Source: Callorhinchus milii
Taxonomy: Eukaryota
Assembly (NCBI RefSeq): GCF_018977255.1
Contig: NW_024704742.1
Coordinates: forward strand, 101,558,001-101,622,000
Direction of reading: 5' to 3'
DNA: 64,000 bases
Shown here: piece by piece, positions 1 through 12,048 of the stretch
How the letters are laid out: every line of letters starts with the position of its first letter
Position numbering within the stretch: position 1 is the first letter of the stretch
Notes under the pieces: model-generated
Database searches by the model: none
The model's input: only the letters and a program-made list of their open reading frames with translations
Told to the model about the DNA's origin: nothing
Position numbers and translations under genes: made by a program

Positions 1-1484
1 GTATTCCACGAATTGACAGTCACAGTACACATTTCATGAATAGGATGAGCAGTGAATGGTATCGAGGTGGGGGGTAGGTGGGGAGGAGCGGGATGGTGGT
101 GGTGGGGGAAAATTCCATCCTTAACCTATTTAAATGTTATCAAGTGTACTGTACTTCAGAATCCAAAAAGGTTTCTTGATCACTACTTCTTCATTCCACT
201 CAAAGAAAAATATTCTAGAAGTTTTTTGTTATTTTTAATCTTTAACAAGTTTCTTGCACAAAATGTGAATATGTGAATCATTAACTAAATACTTCACAGG
301 AAATTAATTTGTCATTTCTAAAGAAATGTAATACCGTATTACTCATTTGTACTTTTATTGCTCTCTTTGATGGCGGAATACTTATTGTAACCACTATTTC
401 CATGGTTGTGACAGTGCAATGGAAATGTAAAGATTGTGAGAGGTGTCATAAATCGACCCAGATGTTTCTCTGCACCATCTCTGTGCATTACTTACCACCC
501 CCAGAGCCCAACATCTGGCTGAGTGACAACTGGTTGAGTGTCACAGCATGGAGCCACTCAATACCTTTCTCAATTGCAACGATCGTGAAGTTCACAGATC
601 CTATTCTTCCATTGCTAGTTCCGTTCCAATTTTGTTAGTAAAGAAAAATGATTACGGACATTGGGAAAATAATGGTGGGAGAGGGGCGCGGGTGTCATAC
701 ACACAAGTTAACTATAACAGAGCTGGCAGGACATTCTCAAAGAGTAGAGCAGATGTACCTGGAACACACATTTTTCACCCAACATGACTTAATTTACGTA
801 ACTCTCTCTAAAACTCTGTAAGCAGAACAGAATGTAACATTTGGAAATACTTCATTCCACAAATTAATGCTCTTCTGGGTCTGCTTTCTGTATACACAGA
901 ACTGGGCTAATGCCTCAGAGTTGTGAAGCTATCCGCAAGTGTGGTTTTGTCAAGCATGCAAATATCATTTTAGCTGAAAACTCCAAATAATTGAATAATC
1001 CCCAATGACCAACATTCTCATGATGAATTGATGAAGCAGCGTTGGTAACTGTTAAATTATTTAATTCTTCTAATTATCACTCAGTGTATGTAATTTGCAT
1101 ATTATGAACAAAGAATTCTATGTCAAAGCCACTGACATAATTATTACCATACTTAAAATATCTGCAGTGACAGCATAAAAACGTTAACTAATTATGGCAG
1201 GTATTTATATCTAAATTGAATCTATTAGAGTGGAATCATAATTCAAAGCTTGGAATATTTAATAGTTCCAAATACATTTCTCTCTCGGGTGATATACATA
1301 TAGATAAGCTTTGAAACTTGGAAAGTTTCACAATAGGATCTAGGGGACTAACCAACAATCTACCTGCATAAACTGCTCTGTACTTGTCATCATTTACAAG
1401 CAAAATCGGGCCCAAACTTCTCTAGGATGAGATAACATCATCCTAGATGTTCTTTTTTGTGTGAGTCTGGTTTCTGACACATGT

Positions 1485-1900
1485 GGACACTCATTACCAT
1501 GTCGAATGGATCGACTTCAAGATCTCACACTCGTGTTCAAATTCCTTCAATCTCTGGCACATCCCTACCTCTCCGACCTCCTCACTCCCCAATCCACCAC
1601 CCGGCGCCGCCACTCGACTGGCACCAGCCTCTTACTCGTCCCTTACAAGCTCCATCCCACCATCAGAGGTCGCGCTTTCAGCCACTATGCCCTGAAACCT
1701 GGAACACTCTCCCTTAATTCCTTCGCCTTGTCCCATCTCTCCCCTTTTTCAACTCTCACTTGAAAACCTTCCTCTTCGACAGTGCTTGCGGCCACCTCCC
1801 CCCTCCCCCTGGCTCGGAGTCAGGCACTACCACTGTTAAGGGCTCTGAGGCACTACCGTCTTTGCGTGGAGGGCACTATATGAGTGCAAGTTGTTGTTGT
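1485..1900 (+). mobile_element. L2-clade LINE, 5'-truncated 3' fragment (older subfamily)
   Basis: Translates to L2 ORF2 C-terminus-like sequence (PYLSDLLTP...TIRGRAFSHYA); ends GCACTATATGAGTGCAAG(TTG)n. Confidence 0.85.
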
Positions 1901-2419
1901 TTAAGAGTCTCAAAACCAAAATGCTGTCAGCTCCACATAAGCATCTATGGTTTCCATTTGTCTGGCAGAGAGTGCTCATTCGAACCCCGGATGGATCCAC
2001 CCTGCTTATCTGCTTCCAGAGAGTTTAGGTGTAGCTTCCAAGAGCCAAGGCTTGGAGACCCCAGTGTGACAATGGGAAACACTAAATTGTGGAACATTTA
2101 TGTCCTAATTGGATGCTTCACTAGATGTGCAGTAGTAAATATTCTTATACAGATAGAATTCTCTATTCGTGCATAATTCTTCACATTTTTGTTGGCAGTC
2201 ACTGTCAGATAAGTAGGAGCATAGGAAAACAGGAACAGGAGGAGGCCATTCAGCACATCAAGCCTTTTTTCTGCATGAAGGACAAGTTGGTGTTTTTGTT
2301 ATTCCATTAGTTTATTAGATCTTAAAAACCTAATGCCTCACACTTTACCATGGTCCTTTATATTTGATTTCAAGATCTTCACATTCACATAGAAATCACT
2401 TTAAGCCTGGAATCTCCCT

Positions 2420-2721
2420 ACCTCACCAACTGGTTTACAAGTCCTCTACCCATCACCTTCACTCAGCTGGCTCCAGCCTCCTGCACCTCTCTTGTTCCCT
2501 TCACTCCACCATTGACAGCCAAGCCCTCAGATACTAAGCCCTGACACTGGAATTTTCTGCCTCAGTCCCTCCACCTTACCCCTTCCTTGCTCATCTTCAT
2601 ATCACACCCCCCATCCCACACCACCCCTACCCTCCCCGGCTCAACATCAAGCTCCGCCACTGTTAAGCACTCTGAGAACTATCCATGTAAAGGGTGCTAT
2701 ATAAATGCAAGTTGTTGTTGT
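2420..2721 (+). mobile_element. L2-clade LINE 3' fragment (old)
   Basis: Similar to 1485-1900; tail GGGTGCTATATAAATGCAAG(TTG)n. Confidence 0.75.
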
Positions 2722-2775
2722 ACTTCTTCTACTCAATTACTTGTCCATCTCTCTTACATTGAATTCGTCAGTACA

Positions 2776-2990
2776 AGTGTCAGCCTGACTCAGCTGATAC
2801 CACTCTCGCCTCTAAGTCATAAGGTTGTGGATTAAAGCACAATGTCAGGACCTAGAACTCATATACTCTAAGCTGACACCCCAATCCTGTGCTATGGGTG
2901 TGCTGCGTTGTTGTTAGTGCCATTATTAGCAAGAGACATTAAACCAAGATCCCATCTTCCTGTTCAAGTAGATGTTAAAGATTCCATACC
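2776..2990 (+). mobile_element. Deu-domain SINE (SacSINE1-like), 5' part
   Basis: tRNA-like head CAGCCTGACTCAGCTG...CTCTCGCCTCTAAGTC, then Deu core-like CCCATCTTCCTGTTCAAGTAGATGTTAAAGATTCCAT; family name from recall. Confidence 0.7.
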
Positions 2991-3487
2991 ATGGAGGTAA
3001 CATCAATGTATTTACAATAAAACTTCTATAGCTGAGGGAGAAGAGAAAAGAGGGTGCAGGTGAGGGGAAGAGGCGGGGTGGGGGCTCGCTGAAACAGTAA
3101 GCATAGTGATCGGTTTCTACACGTGTCAGACACATGGTTGACTCCCCCAAAAATTGAAACTTGCTATTTTTGTGTTCACAACTAATTAGGGCAAAAATAC
3201 ACCGAGGATGAAGCAAAAGATGAAACACTGGCACCTGATCAATTGCTTTATCGTTTAGCACCTTGACATCCACAATGTAAAGATCACAAGAGATATGCAC
3301 AATGCATAATGATGGGGTTATCACTAACTGAAAGATGCTGCTTGTAACTGCACCAAGATGATCGAAACAAGCAAATTCAAGGAAGTGCCTTGCTGTATAT
3401 ATGTCATTTACAAGAGAAGTTGAGCATTCATGTGTCAGAGCACTGAAGTGCATGCCAAGATTTTGAATTTGCCTTGTCTGCTTGCAG

Positions 3488-4340
3488 AGACATTGTATAC
3501 CAAACATGCTCAGCAACACTCAGATATTCCATAGGGCAATAGCAAGACGTACATGCCAAAAATGGTAAATAGACAATCTTATATGAGAAACATGCACCAA
3601 TTCAAAAAAGGTTGAGTGACAAGAAATCACTCACAAGAACCAAATGTAAATTTTGATAGGAGGTCCAAGGAAACTACTGGATAACATGAAAGGGGTGGAA
3701 TAAAATGATGTAGGTGATTTAACATATGCTAACGTGCACACAATACATGAGTCAATGCACTGCCTATTCGACTAATTTGTGCACTGAACATAGCCAGGAA
3801 CCTCCTCAAATGGTGAAATGAACACATTCAAAGCCTCCTTGGCTAAAGTTCAACTCTGGATATGGAAGCAATAAATGCTATTGTAGAATATCCCACCCAG
3901 TGCAAATTGGCACATCCAAACAAAGATAAAACATACACTGACATTCATTACTCAAAAACAGCAAGATTACAAGGTCACAGAGGACTCCTGCAAAAATATT
4001 CAAACATTTATCCACTTTCCCCACAGATTTATCTGCTTCATCTGGGAGAAAGACTAATATCACAAGTGCTGAACACTATGTTGATTGTACAAGGAGTTCA
4101 AGGAATATGATCTGTGTGGTAAAGTAAGGATCTCTACTATTTATTACCAGAATACTTGTGGCAAGAATTCTAGCCACCACAATGGTGAATGATATCCTCC
4201 TGAGATTCAACGCAGTTTGTATTCAGACCACATCACATTTGGCATTTGGGCAAGGCTTCTCACGTGCAAAAGTGCCGTGAACAACAGATAGACCACGAGA
4301 CCAATGTACCGTGATCATTCACCTGACCAAGCAGTTTGTC
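3488..4340 (+). pseudogene. Highly decayed Gypsy/Ty3-like pol remnant (RT, RNase H, integrase Zn-finger order)
   Basis: LSNTQIFHRAI (3509) in frame with *IDNLI (3566-3583, cf. YIDDLI); LTRTKCKF (3630-3653); LAHPNKDK in ORF 3862; GSLLFITRILVA...SHLAFGQGFSRAK (4128-4280). Motif resemblance only, with stops and frameshifts. Confidence 0.35.
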
Positions 4341-4431
4341 ATATTAAATATAGCAACTCTTTGTCAACTCTTTACCAGCAAAATTCATCAGCAGTATCTG
4401 GCAATTCTCTGATGGAATGCAGGGATCATGG

Positions 4432-5165
4432 AGTTAGAAAATAAAATCAGCCAAATCTGTAAGGAAATAACGCTAATTCCTCTAACCAGATATCAGACTG
4501 TTTTATTATTATTCGTTCATTATTCCCCAATATCCCGATGGGTCAGACCAAAGGCCGGTACAATCAACAGATCTTATAAAGAATAACACCACTATAGATA
4601 TCTTGAGTTCAAGAGTTCAACACTGTGCCTTTACAGCACACAAGCTTGATTCTTCATGCTTTCAGTCTTCTTGCTTACAGCTTTCAATCTTCCATCTGAT
4701 ATCCTCAGTCTTAGTGTTTCCAGCTCTCAGTCTTCCATCTCCGTACCCTTGTCTCCGCAGCCCGGGATGGCCCCATCTCCCGTATCCTTGTCTCCGCAAC
4801 CCGGGACGGCTCCATCTCCCGTATCCTTGTCTCCGCGACCCGGGACGGCTCCATCTCCCGTATCCTTGTCTCCGCGACCCGGGTCGGCCCTGTTCACAAA
4901 GTTATCGGAACTTTTATACCAATGTTCATCCAATCATGGTGCGGACATTAGATCACCTGTCGAAATCATGCTGGGTTCACGTGAACATCTCATGGGGTGT
5001 ACGTGCCTCACACACACAAACACACTGTCCTTGAGACAGTCCGTTATCTCGTGTACATGCAGGGAGTTTCAGTCCAGCTGCCCACAACACACTTAACTTA
5101 AAAGTTAACCCGTTCGCAACATCTATTATGATTCTAACATTACACAAAAAGTGTAAATTCTAACA
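4432..5165 (-). repeat. 3' LTR, internally deleted
   Basis: Nearly identical to 5951-7122 but lacks the segment equivalent to 6203-6646; adjoins the PPT. Confidence 0.92.
4734..4887. repeat. About 39-bp tandem repeat x4 in LTR U3
   Basis: Unit CTCCATCTCCCGTATCCTTGTCTCCGCGACCCGGGACGG; counterpart at 6697-6844. Confidence 0.95.
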
Positions 5166-5176
5166 ATCCCCACCTT
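5166..5176 (-). other. Polypurine tract (PPT)
   Basis: Minus strand AAGGTGGGGAT directly precedes TGTTAGAA of the 3' LTR. Confidence 0.8.
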
Positions 5177-5926
5177 GATACCAAATGAACATGAGGTATC
5201 ACAAAACTACAAAAAAGGATATAGTATAAAATCAGGAAAATAACATAAGGTTACACAACCTGATAGTACAAAAAGACAGATAATACAAAGTCAGAAAAAT
5301 AGTACAAGGTCACACAACCTGGGAGGGAGGATGGTACTTACAGGAGGCAAAGTCTCTTAATGAGCTTTCTCTCGAGTTTCACAGCTCAGTCGTAACCAAC
5401 AGGTTATTTCCAGCGACCACAGTCACAATTGAAATACAACAACATTCAATTACTATCGGTCCCGGTCCCTCTCCTTACCCGGAGGTAATAGGGATTTCCC
5501 ACTGACTGTTCGAACGCCCGAAAGTTACTCCATCACTTACGCAATTTCCACATCGACACACAATATATCAACATATTCGAATGTCGTTCACACTCACATC
5601 AGCGCACTTAAATGCCTGGTGCGATCGCCAGCGTACTCAAACGCCTGACTGTTATCAAAGCTTGGTCCCGACTACACCTTAGTGTGGCATCCACAGCTTA
5701 CTCAAGCTTGGCCCCACCTACATATTGGTGTGTCACCCACAGCTTACTCAAAACTACTGTCTTCTACTTGATATATTCAAACATTCAAGGAGACAATCAC
5801 AAACTTCCTAGGTAACATAGTCAAATATTCAGCTTTAAAAACAATCAGACGTTGATGTATTCAAACATGCAACATCATTAAACGTTCGTCAAGGCTTGAT
5901 TGTACCTCCCTTGTCTGTTTACTGGG

Positions 5927-5946
5927 GAATCCTGCCGACTACGCTA
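5927..5946 (-). other. Primer-binding site complementary to tRNA-Ser 3' end
   Basis: Plus strand GAATCCTGCCGACTACGCTA matches the recalled vertebrate tRNA-Ser 3' end GAATCCTGCCGACTACGCCA at 19/20; lies 4 nt from the 5' LTR. Confidence 0.88.
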
Positions 5947-6269
5947 AAACTGTTAGAAAATAAAATCAGCCAAATCTGTAAGGAAATAACGCTAATTCCT
6001 CTAACCAGATATCAGACTGTTTTATTATTATTCGTTCGTTATTCCCCAATATCCCGATGGGTCAGACCAAAGGCCGGTACAATCAACAGATCTTATAAAA
6101 GAATAACACCACTATAGATATCTCGAGTTCAAGAGTTCAACACTGTGTCTTTACAGCACACAAGCTTGATTCTTCATGCTTTCAGTCTTCTTGCTTACAG
6201 CTGTCGAACCCAGTTGCGATGTGCGATTGCTCTTGATGACCTGAAACTCAACACGGAGTCAGTGCGGCA

Positions 6270-6275
6270 TTTATT
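6270..6275 (-). terminator. Candidate LTR polyadenylation signal
   Basis: AATAAA on minus strand downstream of the candidate TATA box. Confidence 0.5.
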
Positions 6276-6381
6276 TAACACACTTTATTCACATATATAT
6301 ATGGGGTGCAGGGCAGTAGCAACGACTTTCTTCTAGTGCTGCTCCCTACTCTGCACACCGAATAGGTGAAAACATCTCAAC

Positions 6382-6387
6382 TTTATA
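6382..6387 (-). promoter_or_regulatory. Candidate LTR TATA box
   Basis: TATAAA on minus strand, downstream of U3 repeats and about 110 nt upstream of AATAAA, as expected for U3-R-U5. Confidence 0.5.
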
Positions 6388-8301
6388 CAGATCTCATTCA
6401 ACAGTTCTGAGGAGACAAGTCTACATTGATTACTTTACAACGTCCTGTTTCGCAAGAGCCCTCGAGAAACATCACAAGGGTGTTAATCTGTTTTTAGGTC
6501 AACAGGAGATGTCACCTTATCTTTCAATAGGTTGTAAAGTTTTACAACAATAGGTTTGATCTTACTTGCTCCTTTTGGCCTTTCATGTATATGGCTTATC
6601 TTTGCACCAAAAGGCAGGATGTGCTGAATTTGCCTTCCACACAGCTTTCAATCTTCATCTGATATCCTCAGTCTTAGTGTTTCCAGCTCTCAGTCTTCCA
6701 TCTCCGTACCCTTGTCTCCGCAGAACGGGATGGCCCCATCTCCTGTATCCTTGTCTCCGCGACGGCTCCATCTCCCGTATCCTTGTCTCTGCGACCCGGG
6801 GCGGCTCCATCTCCCGTATCCTTGTCTCCACGACCCGGGACGGCCCCGTACACAAAGTTATCGGAACTCTTATACCAATGTTCATCCAATCATGGTGCGG
6901 CCATTAGATCACCCGGTCGAAATCATGCTGGGTTCACGTGAACATCTCATGGGGTGTACGTGCCTCACACACACAAACACACTGTCCTTGAGACAGTCCG
7001 TTATCTTGTGTACGTGCAGGGAGTTTCAGTCCAGCTGCCCACAACACACTTAACTTAAAAGTTAACCCGTTCGCAACATCTATTGTGATTCTAACATTAT
7101 ACAAAAAGTGTAAATTCTAACAATGGCATAATCAAGAGCTCAGAACCATTCCCAATAATTAACAGTAACAAGCACGATTGCCAGTTGCCTTTGGTGTCAT
7201 CTCTTGAATACCACACACTGGGGAATTCTGACTCAAATGTAAATTTCCACAAAAATGGTGCACAGTTGCACCCAAAAAGTCTTACCATTTTCATAAAAGC
7301 CATTTCATTAAAATCCTTTGTTATTTTTGGTGTTATTCTCATTGAACAGGGTAAAAAAAAAAGGACCATGGATTATTGAAGTTTTTCCTTTTAAGAACTG
7401 AGGGAAAATAATTTGCAAATAAGGCTGAATTTAACAATTTCAACTAGAATTGTCTGTGCAGATATTAATTTTAACAGTCTTAACTGGGTAAGATTTAGTG
7501 GCATTTCAAGCCCTGAATTCCCCTCTGAAATTCCCATGGAGAGTGAATCAAATACATCATTATCCCAGTCTGTGAAGGCGCCACTTGAATCCTGATTGAT
7601 GAATGATTAAATTAAAACCTAATCATAATTATATGATGTTGAGCATACTGCAGTAATGGGGTAAAGCAGGTAGAAATTATATCGCTGTGAGATCTACACA
7701 GGAGCAATTATGCAACACATTTAAAATACTACAGGAAGAATTGTTCCAGTTTCAGCATAGTTAAATAATCCTACAACTCTATAAGCAATAGTGCATTTAT
7801 ATATTATTATTTATTCTCAGCCTTATTGTCAGTAGTAGTAGTAGTATAGCATACATTTTTTTCAACATTTTTACTTTTTACGCTGTCAGGTGTACAACCT
7901 GTGCTCATAATATTACTCTGATGCATGACTTGCAATATTTAACTTGCAAGCACCAATTAATCAACACCGTCCTGGCTATCATTTTGCCACTGCTGTTATA
8001 TGTCACTGCCCGTGTCATCCAGTGGTCCAGTGCTATCACATGATCCAGGTAACATATTCTTTGGTGTTTCTTTTACCATTCATTTACCACTCCTCTTCCA
8101 AATGAATTGCACACAAACAGTGCTCTCGTTGGCAAGCTACGCAGTTTTACCAAGTGGAAATCCAGCAATACCCCAATGGACACTCTGTGGTCCCCAAGCT
8201 TTGGCTCTTGCCAACCTGCATTTTGATACCAGATCTAGGGAAATTTCCAGTGTGGATGACATAAATATGTGGAAATCTCAGTGTGGTTTGGATACTCTCA
8301 G

Positions 8302-8620
8302 CAACAACAACAAATTGCAGTTATATAGCACCTTTTACATCGGGAGGACATCCCAAGGTGCTAGACAATGAAGGGTTTGCTCTTGAGCTAGGGATTGGCT
8401 ACAAGAGGGATGGGGACTAAGGAGGGAGGGGGTGGGGTGGAAAGATGACCAAAGATGGCGTGATCAAGGTTTTGAGCTGGACCTTGAAGGAAGCTATAAG
8501 AAAGGGGCAAGGCGAAGGGATTCAGGGATGGAGTTCCAAAGAGTGGGGCCAAAAAGACTAAAAGCACTACCACTGATAGTGGAACAGACAGGTCGGGGGA
8601 TGTGAAGCAAAGTGGAGGGA
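8302..8620 (-). mobile_element. L2-clade LINE 3' fragment
   Basis: (CAA)n tail, reverse complement of the L2 3' stem-loop, and APTLWNSIP-like translation (FGPTLWNSIPESLRLAP). Confidence 0.85.
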
Positions 8621-9769
8621 CAAGGCAACTTGATAAGGATTGTTAAGCCTGGTGATAGGTTTCCACATATGTCAGACTCCGGCTGACCCAAAATAAAGCC
8701 ACTTTTTTAAAGAACTGTAAGAGAACTGAATATGTGTGAATGTTTTTATTCTGCAGCAAGCGTTCGAGCAACAGAAGAGCCTTGCGTCAATTATAGTCAT
8801 GCTTACCAGTACTTTCATGATCTCTAGTATTGCACTTGCTCACCTAAGAAATACAAGTTGTACCGGCACAGGACTTCTATGAATAAGTAAGATTATCAAG
8901 TTTCTGAGGCATTCTTGAGGCCATTACAGCAAGTTCAACCTTCTAACAAAACTTCATATAGATGACAGATGCCCTACTTAACATTGTCACTTGAATTAAG
9001 CATCACCTCCCATTTCTAACCTCTGAATATTTTTTAACCCAGCTCTACATATCAGCCTCACTGTGGCGATCAGCCACCCATAACCTTATGTAGAGCCAAA
9101 GTGCATCTCACGTCTGAAATGATCATAACTTCCTATCTATTAAATGAAAAGATGCAGTTTATTTTCCAGACATCTTTAACAATCTTTCCTGATCAACATT
9201 TTAAGTCAGCCCTTCAAAAGAAGCATGCAGATAACTAATTTTAGAGAACATTCTCTAGTTTTGATTATGTGGAACTGTCAAAATTCTATCTCACGAGTAA
9301 ATCCCTAAATACCAGAATTTTTCCTTGAAGGTCAACTAATTCTATCTAAAATTCTATTCCAGGAAGCATTTCTGGATGAGGAGATAATTTTAGACGTTTA
9401 TATATTAATTTTACCACACACAGAGTGATGATTTCTAACCAATTCATTTCATTGGAATCTGACAAAGATATTTGTTTCAACTAGTTTTTCTCCATTTCAA
9501 AAGGGATCGTCAGGTTTTGTGTAACAAGTTGTCTGAAACTTTAGGGATTTAAGTTAATCTTTAAACTTTCTATGAAAAATGTAGTCAAATATCCTGTAAA
9601 GAATTGTTGGAAATTTGTCGTTGATAAAAAGTATGGTTTATAATAATAATTTTATCAATTGACTTCAATTTTCTGCTGTGGTATTCCAAATCAATGGGAA
9701 CCATCATATTTCATAACAAACATGGGGAACAAATGCTAACAGATTAGCATTTGGATTGAGCGACATTCA

Positions 9770-10130
9770 AAAATAACAATCTTTATATTTGACATAACGT
9801 CTTTCTTGTCAGGAAGACATCTTCCACAGCACGTCACAAAATTTACTGTAAAATCTAGCGACTGTGTATTTTGTAGGTGAATGCAGCAGATGATTTGCAC
9901 ACAACAATGTCCACAAACAGCCATAAAGTACATTCAGGGGATTGTTGGCCAGGACACTAGGAGAAACTGCGTTCTGTCTTCAAAAGGTGATGCAGGGTCT
10001 TTAATGTCCACCTGAACAAACAGATGGGAGCTCAGGGTGATGTCCTATCTAAAGGACTACACCTCCGACAATGAAGCAATCCCCCCAGCACTACCCTGGA
10101 ATGTCAGCCTAGACTATAAGCTCAAAGTCC
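9770..10130 (-). mobile_element. Deu-domain SINE
   Basis: GGGTCTTTAATGTCCACCTGAACAAACAGATGGG is the reverse of the Deu core; colinear with 46870-47304. Confidence 0.75.
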
Positions 10131-11804
10131 CAACAAATAGAAATCAGTATTAGCACTATGAATCCTGTTTGTAAACATTGAACTTATTTTCTTTCAAATG
10201 GATTGAGAGAGATAATTATGATGGGGATGACAACTGATTTCAAATATTGAAATATATCTAGTTTATAATATTTGAAAAATGACTATTATCAATTTCAAAT
10301 CCAGCAAAGAACACCAAAAGACCAGAGAGCAAAACAGTCAGAACACATGTCCTTTGATTCTTTAACTTCTTGATTTTCCAAAGTCAGATCACATTTCAGC
10401 ACCACATAAAAGCTTTGCCAATGGCTGTGGGTGCTTGTCCTTTTGGATGGAGTCAGCAGAATGCAGCACAGAAAAGAGTATGAAGGAGAGAGAATGAGGC
10501 AAAAAAGAAAGCTATAGAAAACGAAACACAATTTGTTTTTCAAAAAAAGCTTGTGTAGAATGGGCTGAAGGGCCTTCTTCATCCAAACCAATCTTGTGAT
10601 CTTGGAACATGGGAGAAACTATTGTGACATACGGTGCAGGATAGTGTCTCAGAGCGCTGCACATGGTGGTTGGCACAGAGCTAAGGAGGAGGGGAGAGGG
10701 AGGTCACCACAGATATTGTTGAAGAGGGAGATCTTCAGGCGGAATTTAAAGATACAGTGAGGCAGATGAATTGAGACAGGGAGTTCAAGAAGATTTCAAA
10801 AATTTTCATTATGTTTTATTTGAATTGGCAAATGGATTTCATCCACTTTAAACAGAAAATTTTGTTCATTGCTCCACCATAAGAAAAGGACCAAAATAAC
10901 AAGCTCAGCTATAATAAGGCAATGTGGGTGGCGAAATTCCAGGAGACAAAGAATTTTGTGGTAGTTCAGTTGTGCTCAGATATTCTAGGGTGGGCGTCCA
11001 CCTTTCCTAGCACAGTCTGGCAAGTGCAAAGAGGTGAAGCTAATTACAGCCTAGTATTGCAAAGGACCAAGTGACAGCTCAACAAGGCTATGTCACCTAG
11101 TAATCATACAAAGGGCAGGCGTTTCCCAAGCCCAGAGTCATCCATCCCATCCAGGATCCAGCATTTAGTTATCTCATGCGAATTCAAAGTACTATCCTGA
11201 ATTCATTCTCTCAAGCTGTGTGCATCGTGGTTCACCAAACCCTCCCCACTGTTAATCTGCATCTGAATAGCAGCAGAAACTCCAAATTCATTACACACAG
11301 TTTCAAGGGGTAAATAAAGTTTCATTACACATTAGGCTGGAGTATAGGGAGACTTTGCAAATTGGCTGCTGTGAGATGTCCTCCTGATGTAAATGGTGCT
11401 ATACCAAATGTGAATATTATTGTTACTATTCATTGGCATTTCTATGTTGAAAACAATTGAAAAGGAAAAACATAGTAGACTGCATGGATAAATATAATTT
11501 AATGTAGATATATATAAAATTCTTGTTATGAAAGGCAAGAAAATTGAAATACATTGCAAAGATAAATGTAAAAGTACAGTCACATTCACAGTAATTAATA
11601 GTTAATAAAACTACTATGCAGTTACATGGCTTTGCCACTACAAAGCCACTGTTTCACAGTCAAAGACACATATACCCTTTCCCCAATAAGAGAAGAAAAA
11701 TATATGAACAATGGAAATGAATGTAGGCTTACAATAATCAGTGTGACTATCAGTATAATATGACACAATGAAAGTCCAGCTGTTGTTTTAAGGGTGAAGT
11801 CTAT

Positions 11805-12048
11805 TTATTATTATTATTAATAATAATCATACTTGCATTTGATGTAGGGCTTTATCAAAGTTGAGACTATCTCAACGAGTGATAAAACAGCGTAAAGTGG
11901 ATGCACTGTAAAGTGGATTCTATTTTGTGGACAGGGAAGTGGCAGACAGTTGCCATATAGCATTATCCCACAGACAGCCATGGACTGAGTGACCAATTCT
12001 ATTTGGGGGATTATTGGCCAGGGCACTGGGAGAAACTCCATTCTCCCT
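11805..12048 (-). mobile_element. Deu-domain SINE 3' half
   Basis: (TAA)n + CTTGCATTTGAT tail, then GACCAATT...GGGGATTATTGGCCAGGGCACTGGGAGAAACTCC. Confidence 0.7.

Larger units (their letters stand above)
4432..7122 (-). mobile_element. Non-autonomous LTR retroelement (ERV-like): two LTRs around a 785-bp non-coding interior
   Basis: Direct repeats 4432-5165 and 5951-7122 with TGTTAGAA...TTCTAACA termini (first base of left copy is A); ATGG TSD at 4428-4431 and 7123-7126; PBS and PPT both on the minus strand. Confidence 0.93.
5951..7122 (-). repeat. 5' LTR, full length (1172 bp)
   Basis: TG...CA with 8-bp inverted termini; on minus strand U3 tandem repeats, then TATAAA (6387-6382), then AATAAA (6275-6270). 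Confidence 0.92.

Noticed and set aside
1..125. Possible proline-rich minus-strand exon (WNFPPPPPSRSSPPTPH)
   Set aside because: Comes from a low-complexity G-rich tract, has a weak acceptor and reaches a stop within 30 codons
2926..3519. 197-aa minus-strand ORF
   Set aside because: Runs into a SINE, has no recognisable domain, and overlaps the antisense of the suspected pol relic
4734..4887. CRISPR-like array
   Set aside because: Units are contiguous with no unique spacers; eukaryotic LTR context; no cas genes
4603..5096. Repetitive ORFs (PYPCLRDPGRLHL, SPVSLSPRPGTAP, GRGDKDTGDGA), also 6566-7053
   Set aside because: Translations of the 39-bp U3 tandem repeat, open in several frames because the unit is a multiple of 3 and lacks stops
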